This document shows positions 18,448-30,415 of a stretch of 64,000 bases of DNA, piece after piece. The DNA lies in contig JAHFLN010000001.1 in NCBI GenBank assembly GCA_023244835.1, positions 4,912 through 68,911 of the forward strand, written 5' to 3'. Origin of the DNA: Candidatus Harrisonbacteria bacterium. Its GTDB lineage: Bacteria; Patescibacteriota; Minisyncoccia; UBA6257; UBA11618. The position numbers and the translations under genes are program-made. The notes beneath the pieces are model-generated. The model was not told the DNA's origin. It made no database searches and was given only the letters and a program-made list of their open reading frames with translations. Within the stretch, counting starts at the first letter, position 1. Every line of letters begins with the position of its first letter.

Positions 18448-19521
18448 TTATTTGATTTCTTTTACGACGAACACGCCGTCCCCCCAGGCGGCATAGCCGC
18501 TTCCGTCGAAATTAATCGTGCCCGTCAGCCCTGCATAGTCCTTGACGGCGCGGATGCTGTTCGCGATTTCGTCAGATGTCTTCGCGCCTGCTTTGATCGC
18601 CGCGCCTACTAAAGACATCGCGTCATATGCCGTCTGCGTGCTTGGCGCGACCTCATCAGTCGAGCCGTACGCCTCTTTGAATTTTGCGCTCATCGCATCC
18701 GACATTGTGAAATCAACCATATAGGTTCCTGTGAGGATCGGAATGGTCGTTTCGTTGATCGTTTGTCCGCCCGGGTAGACTATGAGTGCCTTAATGCCTT
18801 GTTCCTTGGCTTTTTTTATGAATGGGATCGCCTGCGGCTGGACGAGATTTACTACGATGCTATCTGGCTTTTGCGCTTTGATTTTTGCGATCACCGTCCT
18901 AAAATCCTTCTCGTCCGGATTCGCTATATGCACGTCGTCCACGATTACTACGCCGTAGCCGGATGCAAGCTTTTTGACGTTTTCCGTAACCTTGTCCATG
19001 AAGGCGTTTGCCGTGGTTATGACAATCGCCTTCTTCATATTCCGATCTTTCGCGAATTTCAATTCCTGCTTCGCCCATCCTTCGTATGAGACGCCGAGCG
19101 AGAATACGTAGGGCTGATAGGACATATCGCTCAGGCCCGAGGGCGAGATCATCGCCACTTTCGCCTCTTTAGCTATCGGCGCGACTGCCTCGAACCATTC
19201 TGTCCATTGCGGTCCTATGATCGCAACTACCTTATCTATGCTTATGAGCTTTTGCGCGGCTGACACGCATTTCGGGATGTCCGACGCGCAGTCTTCCGAG
19301 ATAAGCCTGATATTCAGTCCGTCCGCCCGTAGTTCCTTCACGCGCAATGCGACGGCTTTCTCTTCCCCTACGCCCCACGAGCTTCCGAAGCCCGTCACGT
19401 TTGTTAACTGACCGATAACGATTTCCCTTTCTTCGGATGGGGTAATTTTTTTATCCGATAACGTAAGCCATCCACCCACTATCACCACCAGGACCGCGAG
19501 CCACAGCAAGGGATTTTTCAT
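18448..19521 (-). CDS. ABC transporter substrate-binding protein, LivJ-like paralog
   Basis: MKNPLLWLAVLVVIVGGWLTL anchor; Peripla_BP_6 pattern. Confidence 0.8.
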   Translation of the reverse strand: MKNPLLWLAVLVVIVGGWLTLSDKKITPSEEREIVIGQLTNVTGFGSSWGVGEEKAVALRVKELRADGLNIRLISEDCASDIPKCVSAAQKLISIDKVVAIIGPQWTEWFEAVAPIAKEAKVAMISPSGLSDMSYQPYVFSLGVSYEGWAKQELKFAKDRNMKKAIVITTANAFMDKVTENVKKLASGYGVVIVDDVHIANPDEKDFRTVIAKIKAQKPDSIVVNLVQPQAIPFIKKAKEQGIKALIVYPGGQTINETTIPILTGTYMVDFTMSDAMSAKFKEAYGSTDEVAPSTQTAYDAMSLVGAAIKAGAKTSDEIANSIRAVKDYAGLTGTINFDGSGYAAWGDGVFVVKEIK

Positions 19522-19546
19522 ATCCCCATGCTAGCTTCGGCATGCA

Positions 19547-19578
19547 TAAAAAACAAGCGGGGCGAAGGGCCCCGCTTG
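19547..19578 (-). terminator. Rho-independent terminator after ORF 19613..19948
   Basis: CAAGCGGGGC-GAAG-GGCCCCGCTTG plus T-run on minus. Confidence 0.6.
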
Positions 19579-19612
19579 GTACGGAAATCCATGATTACCG
19601 ATCCTTGCATGG

Positions 19613-19948
19613 TCAGAGATGCAGGGCGAGCGCGACCAGATTATGCTCGCGGCACAGATGCGTATCGCCAATCGCCGGAGCGTTCTTGCATGTCCAGCAC
19701 ATCTCATCATCGGGGGCATCGGGAGCTGATGCGATCAGGCTTTCCGCCTCTCTCACGTCATCAGGGCTAAGGAAGGGAATCGAATAGGTATTCAAGAGCA
19801 TCAACTGCAGGAGCCGCGAAGCCGCCGCATATTGCGCCTCGAGCTGGTCCGCCCGATTGTCATCCCCGAGCCAGAACACTTCTCGATCGCCCGCTCTCCC
19901 GACAACCGTAGGAAAGCCGCTTGCGTTAGGACCTCGTTCACGACTCAT
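19613..19948 (-). CDS. Hypothetical 111 aa protein
   Basis: ORF followed by its own terminator; GC-consistent codon usage. Confidence 0.4.
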   Translation of the reverse strand: MSRERGPNASGFPTVVGRAGDREVFWLGDDNRADQLEAQYAAASRLLQLMLLNTYSIPFLSPDDVREAESLIASAPDAPDDEMCWTCKNAPAIGDTHLCREHNLVALALHL

Positions 19949-20030
19949 ATGTCACCTCGTTTCGGTTTCGATTGGAATACAAGGGATTTCTCCCACTGCC
20001 GGACACGATACCACGAAACCAATGCGTCGC

Positions 20031-21152
20031 CTAGATATCCGTGAGCGCTCCCGCCTTGATGCGACGGACCGAGAATTCCCTCGCCGTATCGCCGTTCACA
20101 TCGATCGTAATCATGCCCGTGATGCCTTGGTATCCTTTCGTCGCATACAATGCATCGCGTACGCACGCCGATTCCGTGCCGCCGCATTTTCCGATCGCGT
20201 CGGCTAATACGTTATAGCCGTCAAACGGCAGGGCCGCATAGATTTCCTGGCTTGGCTTCTTTCCGTATGCCTTCTCGTATGCCGCCATATATTCCACGAA
20301 TGCCGGGGCTGAGGCATCGTACGCGTATTGCGTGATGTAGAACCCCTCCGCATCCGGGTTTACTACAACCTCCTTGAAGCCGAAGTATTCGTTGCCGAGC
20401 ACGGGGATCTTCAAGCCGAAGTCCTTGCCCTGCTTGATGAACGCATTCGCCGTCACGGTTGAATTCATCACTGCGACTATGATTTGCGGCTTCAAGGCCG
20501 CGAGTTTCGCGAGCTCTGTCCGCACGTCGTACTCCTTCGAATTCACGCCTTCCGCGCCCAGGATGGCATTCCCCGCTCTCGCTCCGAAGTCCGCGACGAA
20601 CGCGTCTTTCATGCCCACGGTATAGTCCGCATTCTCGAAAAGGATAGCGACGCTCTTATAACCTGCCTTCGCGAGGAATGCCGACATCGCTTTCGCGGTC
20701 GCGACGGACGATGCGGACGTGCGGAACACGTAGTCGCCCGCATCGGTAATCTTCGGCGAGGTAGAAACCGGCGTGAAGAGAACGGCCTTCGCGGTTTCGG
20801 TGATCGGCGCCATGGAAAGCATCGAACCGCTGCAGACGCCGTTCACCACTATCGAAACCTTATCGACGGCGAGGAGCTTCTGCGCCGCAGAGGCCGCCTG
20901 CTTGGGATCGCATGCGTCGTCTTCATATACCATTTCTACCTTCTTGCCGGCGATTTCCGGCCGCTCTAAGGCGGCGAGCTTCCAGCCGCTCGCAACATCC
21001 TCGCCGGACGATCCCGCAACCGGGCCGGTGAAGGGGCCGACATAGCCGATCTTAATCGTATCTGCTCCTGCGCCGTCCTTATTTCTTTTAAACGCCATAT
21101 AACCCCCGACTGCGACGATGATTATTACGACTATTATCCAGATTTGTTTCAT
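20031..21152 (-). CDS. ABC transporter substrate-binding protein, LivJ-like paralog
   Basis: MKQIWIIVVIIIVAVGGYMAF anchor. Confidence 0.8.
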   Translation of the reverse strand: MKQIWIIVVIIIVAVGGYMAFKRNKDGAGADTIKIGYVGPFTGPVAGSSGEDVASGWKLAALERPEIAGKKVEMVYEDDACDPKQAASAAQKLLAVDKVSIVVNGVCSGSMLSMAPITETAKAVLFTPVSTSPKITDAGDYVFRTSASSVATAKAMSAFLAKAGYKSVAILFENADYTVGMKDAFVADFGARAGNAILGAEGVNSKEYDVRTELAKLAALKPQIIVAVMNSTVTANAFIKQGKDFGLKIPVLGNEYFGFKEVVVNPDAEGFYITQYAYDASAPAFVEYMAAYEKAYGKKPSQEIYAALPFDGYNVLADAIGKCGGTESACVRDALYATKGYQGITGMITIDVNGDTAREFSVRRIKAGALTDI

Positions 21153-21169
21153 ATGATTCTTTCTTCGGC

Positions 21170-22309
21170 TTAATCAACCGGCACCGGCGCGTCGTTCCTG
21201 ATTTGCTTCATCACGAAGCCTAAGTCCGAGTTCCCATTCGCGTCGAGGGAGAACGTGCCCATCAAGCCCGTCCACTTCTTTATGTTTTCGAGGAGCCAAT
21301 CCTTCACTTTCGCGCTGTCGTCACCCTCCGCTCGCAAACCCACGACCATCATCATGATCGCGTCATGCGTTGCCGCGGCATGGAAGGCGATGAGCGGATC
21401 CCTCTCGTATTTCGCCTTATATGCCGCGAGAAAATCCTTCCACGCGGCGCTTTCGCCGTCATATGCGGGATCGGCGAAGTATAAGCCCTCGAACGAGCCG
21501 ACGATTTTCTTCGCGTCGCCGTTCAAGGCAAGCGTGAAGTCTGAAAAAAGCGGCGCATCCAGCTTTTGTTCCTTGACTTGCTTCATGAAATTGCCCGCGG
21601 AGAGCCCCGTCTGCGAGGCGATCAATATCGCATCGGCACCCCGCGCTTTCAGTTTCGCTATGATAGTGCGGAAATCGTTCGTCCCGGGCTGGAACTGCTC
21701 GTCTATCGCTATTGCGCCGCCGCCCGCCATGATCGTTTCCTTGAAGCTCTTCGCAATATCTAACGTATATTCAGTCACTTCGGAAACCGAGGCTACTTTC
21801 TTATAGCCCATCTTTAGCATCGCATTCGCGATGTCCCGGCCCGCCAGTATGTCAGAATTCGCTGTGCGGAAAATGTATTCGCCTGCGGCATCCACATTGC
21901 TTCCACCTGTTACCGGCGTCATCACGATCGCCTTGTTCTCGTTCGCGACAGGAGCCGCGGCGATCGTGCCGTTGCTACACATACCACCCACGATGTAGCG
22001 GATGCCGTCTACCGAGACGAGCTTCGTTATGGCCGCAAGACCGGTCTTACTGTCGCATTTCGAGTCTTCGACCGTGAGCTCGAGCGGGTGGCCGTTCACG
22101 CCTCCTTTGGTATTTATCTCGTCGATCGTGAGGCGGGCCGCATTCACCATATTCTCGCCCGCGACGGCCAGGTCTCCGCTCAATATCGTCGCGATGCCGA
22201 TTTTTATCGGCGCCGCATTCGCATCGAGAGGCGTCGCCTTGTCTTTATTAACTATCAGATATCCTCCCGCCACTATAACGACCGCGGCCCATATCCAGAG
22301 ATTTTTCAT
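21170..22309 (-). CDS. ABC transporter substrate-binding protein, LivJ-like paralog
   Basis: MKNLWIWAAVVIVAGGYLIV anchor. Confidence 0.8.
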   Translation of the reverse strand: MKNLWIWAAVVIVAGGYLIVNKDKATPLDANAAPIKIGIATILSGDLAVAGENMVNAARLTIDEINTKGGVNGHPLELTVEDSKCDSKTGLAAITKLVSVDGIRYIVGGMCSNGTIAAAPVANENKAIVMTPVTGGSNVDAAGEYIFRTANSDILAGRDIANAMLKMGYKKVASVSEVTEYTLDIAKSFKETIMAGGGAIAIDEQFQPGTNDFRTIIAKLKARGADAILIASQTGLSAGNFMKQVKEQKLDAPLFSDFTLALNGDAKKIVGSFEGLYFADPAYDGESAAWKDFLAAYKAKYERDPLIAFHAAATHDAIMMMVVGLRAEGDDSAKVKDWLLENIKKWTGLMGTFSLDANGNSDLGFVMKQIRNDAPVPVD

Positions 22310-22384
22310 ATCGAAATACTACCTGTTAGAGCCTCATAAAATCAATCGATAAAAAATACTCCGTCATTCGACGAGGTATCTTCC

Positions 22385-24490
<2,106 letters not shown>

Positions 24491-24501
24491 TGCGTCGTAT
24501 A

Positions 24502-24969
24502 TTACCAGCCGAAATGAGCGAACGCGCGGTTCGCTTCGGCCATGCGGTGCATGTCGAGCTTCTTCTTAACCGCCGTACCCTCGTTTTTCGACGCCGCGAT
24601 GAATTCCTCGGCCAGCTTTTCAGCCATTGACTTTCCCTTCTTCGCTCCCGCGGTCGCGATCAGCCAGCGGACGGCAAGCATGTACTGGCGTTCGGGGCGC
24701 ACCGGGCGCGGCACCTGGTAGTTCGCGCCTCCCACGCGACGGCTCGACACCTCGACTGCTGGGGAGATGTTCTCCAGCGCCTTCTCGAATACCTCGATCG
24801 GAGCCTGCTTGTGCTTCTTCTCGATCAGGTCAAACGCATCGTAGACGATCTTCTCGGCCACGGCCTTCTTGCCATCCTCCATTATATAGTTGATAAAGCG
24901 ACCGACGGCGATATTACCGTGCTTCAGGTCTCCTGCGTGATCGCGCTTATAATTACGTTTCTTTCTCAT
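24502..24969 (-). CDS. rpsG: 30S ribosomal protein S7
   Basis: 155 aa S7-like sequence; synteny rpsL-rpsG-fusA. Confidence 0.92.
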   Translation of the reverse strand: MRKKRNYKRDHAGDLKHGNIAVGRFINYIMEDGKKAVAEKIVYDAFDLIEKKHKQAPIEVFEKALENISPAVEVSSRRVGGANYQVPRPVRPERQYMLAVRWLIATAGAKKGKSMAEKLAEEFIAASKNEGTAVKKKLDMHRMAEANRAFAHFGW

Positions 24970-25086
24970 CCCGTTAGAAGCAGGTTATCGCAGATAACCG
25001 CATAGTAGCATTAGATATAGTATTGATTGACTCGATGATGATACTCATTTTTTTCTAATAAGGCAACTTAAGGCGCTTCTAACGGG
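24970..25086. repeat. Family-2 palindromic element, long copy: CCCGTTAGAAGC ... GCTTCTAACGGG, fills rpsL-rpsG spacer
   Basis: 12 bp perfect inverted arms 94 bp apart; inner hairpin GGTTATC-GCAG-GATAACC; embedded TTGCCT-17-TATCAT promoter-like for rpsG. Confidence 0.65.
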
Positions 25087-25087
25087 A

Positions 25088-25513
25088 TTATGCGGCCTCG
25101 GCCTTCTTAGGGGTTTTCGCGCCATATTTAGAGCGCTGCTGCTTCCTATCTTTCACGCCGCTCGTGTCGAGGACTCCGCGGAGGATATGGTAGCGCACGC
25201 CCGGAAGATCCTTAACCTTGCCGCCGCGGATTACGACTACCGAGTGCTCTTGGAGGTTGTGGCCTTCGCCCGGGATGTATGCCGTGACTTCGCTGCCGTT
25301 CGTAAGCCGTATACGGGCAACTTTCCGAAGCGCCGAGTTCGGCTTCTTGGGGGTCGTCGTGAAGACCTTCACGCATACGCCGCGCTTGAAGGGTGACGCC
25401 GAGTTCACCGGCTTGTTCAGGATATTATTGAAATACTTCAAAAGGGCCGGAGACTTTGATTTCGTCTTGAGCGGCTTCCTTCCTTTACGCACCAATTGTC
25501 GCATTGTCGGCAT
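25088..25513 (-). CDS. rpsL: 30S ribosomal protein S12 (with C-terminal Lys-rich extension)
   Basis: [13 protein letters not shown]...[11 protein letters not shown] motifs. Confidence 0.93.
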   Translation of the reverse strand: MPTMRQLVRKGRKPLKTKSKSPALLKYFNNILNKPVNSASPFKRGVCVKVFTTTPKKPNSALRKVARIRLTNGSEVTAYIPGEGHNLQEHSVVVIRGGKVKDLPGVRYHILRGVLDTSGVKDRKQQRSKYGAKTPKKAEAA

Positions 25514-25693
25514 GTGTCGGTCTTATAATCGAATTATCATGATATCAGATGCGCTGGGACATTGTAAAGATGACGGGCCTGATCCTTTCACGGACCCTGC
25601 GATCCATTGACATATTCCAATAAATAATGCATATTAGTGACAGATGGGGCATAGCAATCCCCTCTTTCCTATCTCTTATCAGGAGCTGAAATC

Positions 25694-26305
25694 ATGGCGA
25701 CATTCGCCGAACAGCGAGAAGCGGAGCATCAAAAATTCCTCGAGACATTGCTCCAGGCAGCCCGGACGTATGCCGAAACGGCAGCGCCCGACGAGTATTT
25801 CGATTGGCAGAAGCTCGTAGCCTCTACGATGATTCTCACACCAGAAGTACTTCGCGAGATGATCGGCGAACGCACGATGATCCTGCGAAGCCAGGCCCTT
25901 TCGAAGGCCCTCCAGAACCATTCCGTCGCGGTCATGTGCGTGAAGACGCTCCTCGACTGGCATACTCTCGATCCCGACTGGAGTCCCGAGCGCATGGACA
26001 TGGGTATCGCCCAGGAATTCCTTGCCCGTGTCATCGTCAGCGTCCATCTCTTCAGCAATACGCCGCAAGAGGCGGCGTATCTCGTATGGCGGCTCATTGC
26101 CGCCATGATCATGTCCTATGGCGCGGAAATGACGAATGGCTATCTCGAGCAGATGGTCAGCGGTCAGACGCTCCTCTACGGAAGCTCTGCGATGGATGAC
26201 GTTCCCAGATCGGAATGCCTCCGTCGTGACGAGATGATCGCTACCATGCCCGAGCGCTATGCGATTCCCAAAATCAACGCGCCGCTCACGTGGGCCGCGC
26301 CGTGA
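25694..26305 (+). CDS. Hypothetical protein
   Basis: AGGAG Shine-Dalgarno; TTGACA-17-CATATT promoter at ~25600-25632; terminator after. Confidence 0.5.
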   Translation: MATFAEQREAEHQKFLETLLQAARTYAETAAPDEYFDWQKLVASTMILTPEVLREMIGERTMILRSQALSKALQNHSVAVMCVKTLLDWHTLDPDWSPERMDMGIAQEFLARVIVSVHLFSNTPQEAAYLVWRLIAAMIMSYGAEMTNGYLEQMVSGQTLLYGSSAMDDVPRSECLRRDEMIATMPERYAIPKINAPLTWAAP

Positions 26306-26340
26306 CGGGAGATCGGACGAAGAGAATGTTTGCGATAGTG

Positions 26341-26376
26341 CGCCGCCCCAGGCACCTGCCTAGGGCGGCGTTTTTT
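26341..26376 (+). terminator. Rho-independent terminator
   Basis: CGCCGCCCCAGG...CTAGGGCGGCG plus T6. Confidence 0.6.
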
Positions 26377-27003
26377 ATGCGACGCCCGTAAACGCCATAA
26401 GCGCGCCGTACAGCGCCTCTACAACTTCCCCCACTAATGAGAATCCGAGAAATATGAACGCGAGGATCAGGACCATGCTATTTCGTTCGAGAAAGTCGAT
26501 TATGGGCGAACGATCGGGTAGGAGCGCCGTAAGAATCTTCGAGCCGTCCAAAGGCGGGATCGGAACCATATTAAATACAGCAAGCATAAGATTAATGAGA
26601 ATAACGTAGGTAAACGCTACGCTTATCGCCAACCCTTGTCCCGTAAACGATACGAGGAGAGCGAATACGAACGCGATTATGATATTGCTTACGGGCCCCG
26701 CGAGCGCGATAATGCCCGCGCCCGTTTTCGGATTCTTTAGATTGTACGGATTATACGGCACGGGTTTTGCCCAACCTATGATTATGGGCTGGGCACCGAA
26801 CAGGACCGGGATTGAGAGGAGTAGCGGCAGAATCACCGATCCGAAGGGGTCGATATGCCGCACGGGGTTCAGCGTCAAGCGGCCCATGCGATATGCCGTC
26901 TCGTCGCCCAGCCAATACGCAACCGCGCCGTGCGATATTTCATGCACGATGACCGAGAAGATGAGCACGGCGAGCTCGAAGAGGATGATGATCGGTTCCA
27001 TCC
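26375..27003 (-). CDS. Peptidase M50 / site-2 protease family membrane metalloprotease
   Basis: HEISHG (HExxH) and NMVPIPPLDG motifs; start at internal MEPIIILF. Confidence 0.7.
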
Positions 27004-27134
27004 ATGCACTATATCGACTCCTTGGACACGAGGCAAACCCCTTGCCAGGGCCCACAGCCTCCCGTATCATTATATTTTAGTACGTCTCTGTACGTAATAC
27101 TGTCCGCTTCACCCCTTCAGAAGGAGGCACGACG

Positions 27135-27623
27135 ATGCCCGTATTACACTGGCATACCGCCGCGTGGGATCTGCAAGCTGGCTGGAAGAGTCTCGCGAGA
27201 ACCCTTTCATCCCAGTACCTCGGAATCGAAGTCCGCGGTCAGGAGATGTTCGAGAGCCATGTCAGGTGGGCCGCATCGTTCGCCCCCCACATCCTCTCGG
27301 ATTTCGAATGGCCTGAAGTCGAAGATTCGCACGTCCTCATGCTCGTCAGCATGACGAATGTCGATTCTTTGGAACCCGCCGAGTCCGTCCTCGTGATCGA
27401 GCAGGCCCATTTCATACGGCAGGTGCGATGGGAGCGGGTTCCCGGAACCGCGCTCATCATCCCCAATCGCCCGCTCGAGGACATGAAGGCAATCATTGCG
27501 GGGCAGTCGTTCGGCCGCGTTCAAAAACTGGGAACGCCCGGAACGATGTTCATGGTTTCCGATGATACGGCCGATGCCATGATTAGCGCGGCGCTCGGAC
27601 GCCGAGCTCTCATGCCTGCCTGA
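27135..27623 (+). CDS. Hypothetical protein
   Basis: GAAGGAGG Shine-Dalgarno; terminator downstream. Confidence 0.5.
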   Translation: MPVLHWHTAAWDLQAGWKSLARTLSSQYLGIEVRGQEMFESHVRWAASFAPHILSDFEWPEVEDSHVLMLVSMTNVDSLEPAESVLVIEQAHFIRQVRWERVPGTALIIPNRPLEDMKAIIAGQSFGRVQKLGTPGTMFMVSDDTADAMISAALGRRALMPA

Positions 27624-27662
27624 ACGCGAAAAATCATGCGCGACTATGCGGAACGTCGCATG

Positions 27663-27691
27663 CGCCGGGCTCTCACAGCCCGGCGTTTTTC
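27663..27691 (+). terminator. Rho-independent terminator
   Basis: CGCCGGGCT-CTCAC-AGCCCGGCG plus T5. Confidence 0.65.
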
Positions 27692-27783
27692 ATCCTTGTA
27701 TAATTGACATTTATCAGAAAATAAAGTTTGATAATCGTGTTGTTACCCACCCCCGCATCTTTCACAACTCAAGGAGTCCCGTT

Positions 27784-28869
27784 ATGGGAAGGCTCGAAGT
27801 AATCAAGACCATTCCTGCACAGAAAGCCGTGCGCGCCCCGCGCATCGTGGAGCCTGCTCCGACCGCAGGCTTCGCGAAATTCACTGAATTTCAAGATGCT
27901 ACGGGAGCCGATCTCTCCCTCGACGATGCCCTTGTTCGCGCGGGCTATCTCGAGCATGCCGATGAAACGGCGTTCTTTACCCGCTATCGCGGCACCGTCG
28001 CCAGCCGTTTCTCGAAAATCGGGCTTGGAAAAGCGTTTCCGCCTTCCATCCGGCATCGGCTTAATGCGGCAACTCATCTCCAAGCGATCTTTGTCGATCA
28101 GCCTGAATTCCACGAAGCGCTCATTCTCGCGTGGGGATCCTATGCCGACGCCACTCTCAAGGCGGCCCGGAAAAGCCAGAGAGCGGACATTCTCGAGTCA
28201 TTCGGTTTTCCTTCCGGCTTTTTCGAGATCCATGAGCCGTCGGGCATGCCTATGACCACGATCGCCGTCTGGGGTATGGTGCCGGATAACAAAGGTCTCG
28301 CCTATGCGAAGGCGATGGACTGGCTTGCCGCCTTGGGGACTTTGAATCCTTATAAACGGAGGGATGCCCGCTCATTCGAGATCCGGCCGGGAATCAACAC
28401 CGTGTCGCTTTTTCAGCGGTCGCCGACCATTGCGCATACGGGACGCTGTCTCGCATCGTTCGGCATTCCACTTACGCATAATGAGGCTGACCGCCTCATC
28501 CGGAAAGCAGGATACGTTCCCGGAGGGTTCAAGGATCTCATCCAACATCTCACGCCGGAGATCATTCTCGGAATTCCAAACCCGAACTATCCCGACCTTA
28601 CGGGAAGGAACCAAACACCGGAACGGATCAATGGCATCGTTTCGGGCGCGCCGATCGTCGCGCTCGCATCTGCCGACGAGCACCATGTCCCCTGTTTCTC
28701 GCTTACTTCGACATACGGAGTTACGCTCGATGCGGCTTCCCTGGGAGGAGGCGGATTCCCGCCACACACCCGGTTCATAGCGCTTTCGGGTGCCCGTGAA
28801 ATAAAGACGCGATCTCCGTATGAGACACGAGACGTTCCCGGAACGACTCGCGAAGGCGTCCTGCTCTGA
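27784..28869 (+). CDS. Hypothetical protein (361 aa)
   Basis: TTGACA-17-GATAAT promoter at ~27707-27740; AAGGAG Shine-Dalgarno; track ORF 27646 start rejected because it begins inside the upstream terminator. Confidence 0.5.
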   Translation: MGRLEVIKTIPAQKAVRAPRIVEPAPTAGFAKFTEFQDATGADLSLDDALVRAGYLEHADETAFFTRYRGTVASRFSKIGLGKAFPPSIRHRLNAATHLQAIFVDQPEFHEALILAWGSYADATLKAARKSQRADILESFGFPSGFFEIHEPSGMPMTTIAVWGMVPDNKGLAYAKAMDWLAALGTLNPYKRRDARSFEIRPGINTVSLFQRSPTIAHTGRCLASFGIPLTHNEADRLIRKAGYVPGGFKDLIQHLTPEIILGIPNPNYPDLTGRNQTPERINGIVSGAPIVALASADEHHVPCFSLTSTYGVTLDAASLGGGGFPPHTRFIALSGAREIKTRSPYETRDVPGTTREGVLL

Positions 28870-28896
28870 AACGGACCCGCTGTTTCGAATTCCATG

Positions 28897-28932
28897 CCAC
28901 TGCCAGGCCATCAAGCCAGGCAGTGGTTTTTT
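28897..28932 (+). terminator. Rho-independent terminator
   Basis: CCACTGCC...GGCAGTGG plus T6. Confidence 0.55.
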
Positions 28933-29671
28933 ATTTCTCCCCCAGGAAGATTTTCTCGAGCACGCCGGACGACAGAAGCTCCTCCGGCTTCCCTTGTGCC
29001 GCCACTTTTCCCTTCGCAAGCACATATGCCCGATCGACGATACCTAAGATTGATTTGATATTATGCTCAACAACCACGATTGCCGTCCCGTGACGCTCGT
29101 TGATCTCTTTAATATTTTCGAATACCTCCTTCACAATCTTAGGCGCTAAGCCAAGCGACGGCTCGTCGAGCAAAAGCACTTTGGGGTCAACCATCAACCC
29201 GCGGGCGATCGCGAGCATCTGCTGCTGGCCGCCCGACAGAGTTCCCGATTTCGTTCTCCGTTTTGCCTTCAGCGCCGGAAACGTTTCCATGACTTCGGCC
29301 ATGCGCCGCGCGAGCTCTTTTTTGTCGCCGACTATGAAGCCGCCGATCTCCAAGTTCTCCTCGACAGTCAGATATTTGAACACGCGACGCCCCTGCGGAA
29401 CGAAGGCGATCCCCCGCGCAACAACCTCGTGCGGCACCGGCTTAAACCGCTTCTCGTGCCATAAGACCTCGCCCGAATGGACGGGCGCGATGCCGAAAAT
29501 CGCCTTCAACACCGTAGATTTTCCCGCGCCATTCGGACCCATAAGAGCCACGATCTCGCCTTCATCAATCGCGACCGAGGCGCCGTCCAAGGCATGCACG
29601 CCCCCGTAGTGGACATGCACATCGTCGAGTTTCAGGAGAATTTCCTTTTCATTTCTGATTTCGGATTTCAT
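28931..29671 (-). CDS. livF: Branched-chain amino acid ABC transporter ATP-binding protein
   Basis: Walker A GPNGAGKST; LSGGQQQ signature. Confidence 0.88.
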   Translation of the reverse strand: MKSEIRNEKEILLKLDDVHVHYGGVHALDGASVAIDEGEIVALMGPNGAGKSTVLKAIFGIAPVHSGEVLWHEKRFKPVPHEVVARGIAFVPQGRRVFKYLTVEENLEIGGFIVGDKKELARRMAEVMETFPALKAKRRTKSGTLSGGQQQMLAIARGLMVDPKVLLLDEPSLGLAPKIVKEVFENIKEINERHGTAIVVVEHNIKSILGIVDRAYVLAKGKVAAQGKPEELLSSGVLEKIFLGEK

Positions 29672-29680
29672 AGTTCGAAT

Positions 29681-30412
29681 TTATTCCCCGAGGTACGCCT
29701 CGATTACGTCCCGGCGGGCAAGCACTTCGTCGGGCTTTCCCTTGGCTAAAAGACCGCCCGCATCCATCACGATTACGTGGTCGGAGAGCTCCCTGATCAA
29801 CTCCATATTATGCTCAATTAAAAGCACGGTCTTCCCCGCGGCCTTCAGCTCGCCGATAATCCCGACGATCACCCGCACCATCTCCTTGAAAAGCCCCGCG
29901 AACGGCTCGTCTAAAAGCACGATGTCCACATCCATAGCGAGCACGCGGCCGATCTCCACAAGCTTCCGCTGGCCGTATGACAGATTGTACGCGAGCTCGC
30001 GCCGCTTCTCCCACAGGCCGATCTTCTCGAGAACGGCCTTGACTCTTTCCTCGCGGTCCGCGCTTCCACGCTCGAGGAGCGCGGCAAGGGGGCCGCGCGC
30101 GGTCAATGCGACCATTATATTATCAGCAACCGTCATCTGCTCGAACAGGCGCACGTCCTGGAAGGTGCGCGTGATGCCGAGCCGCGGCAGGCTCTCGGGC
30201 CGTATCGCATGAAACGATTTTCCACCGACAACGACCGCGCCTCCCGTAATCGCGTGCATACCCGTCAAGACATTCACGAGCGTCGTCTTGCCCGAGCCAT
30301 TCGGACCAATGACGCTCGTGAGCTTCCCCTTCGCGAATGATATCGAGAGATCGCTTATGGCGTGGACTCCGCCAAAGCTTTTTTTAAGATTCTTTGTCTC
30401 CAGTATATTCAT
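29681..30412 (-). CDS. livG: Branched-chain amino acid ABC transporter ATP-binding protein
   Basis: Walker A GPNGSGKTT; LSYGQRK signature. Confidence 0.88.
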   Translation of the reverse strand: MNILETKNLKKSFGGVHAISDLSISFAKGKLTSVIGPNGSGKTTLVNVLTGMHAITGGAVVVGGKSFHAIRPESLPRLGITRTFQDVRLFEQMTVADNIMVALTARGPLAALLERGSADREERVKAVLEKIGLWEKRRELAYNLSYGQRKLVEIGRVLAMDVDIVLLDEPFAGLFKEMVRVIVGIIGELKAAGKTVLLIEHNMELIRELSDHVIVMDAGGLLAKGKPDEVLARRDVIEAYLGE

Positions 30413-30415
30413 ATG

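Noticed and set aside
27646-27783. Upstream start of track ORF 27646..28869
   Set aside because: Would begin inside the terminator of the preceding gene and before the TTGACA-17-GATAAT promoter; ATG at 27784 with AAGGAG Shine-Dalgarno preferred.
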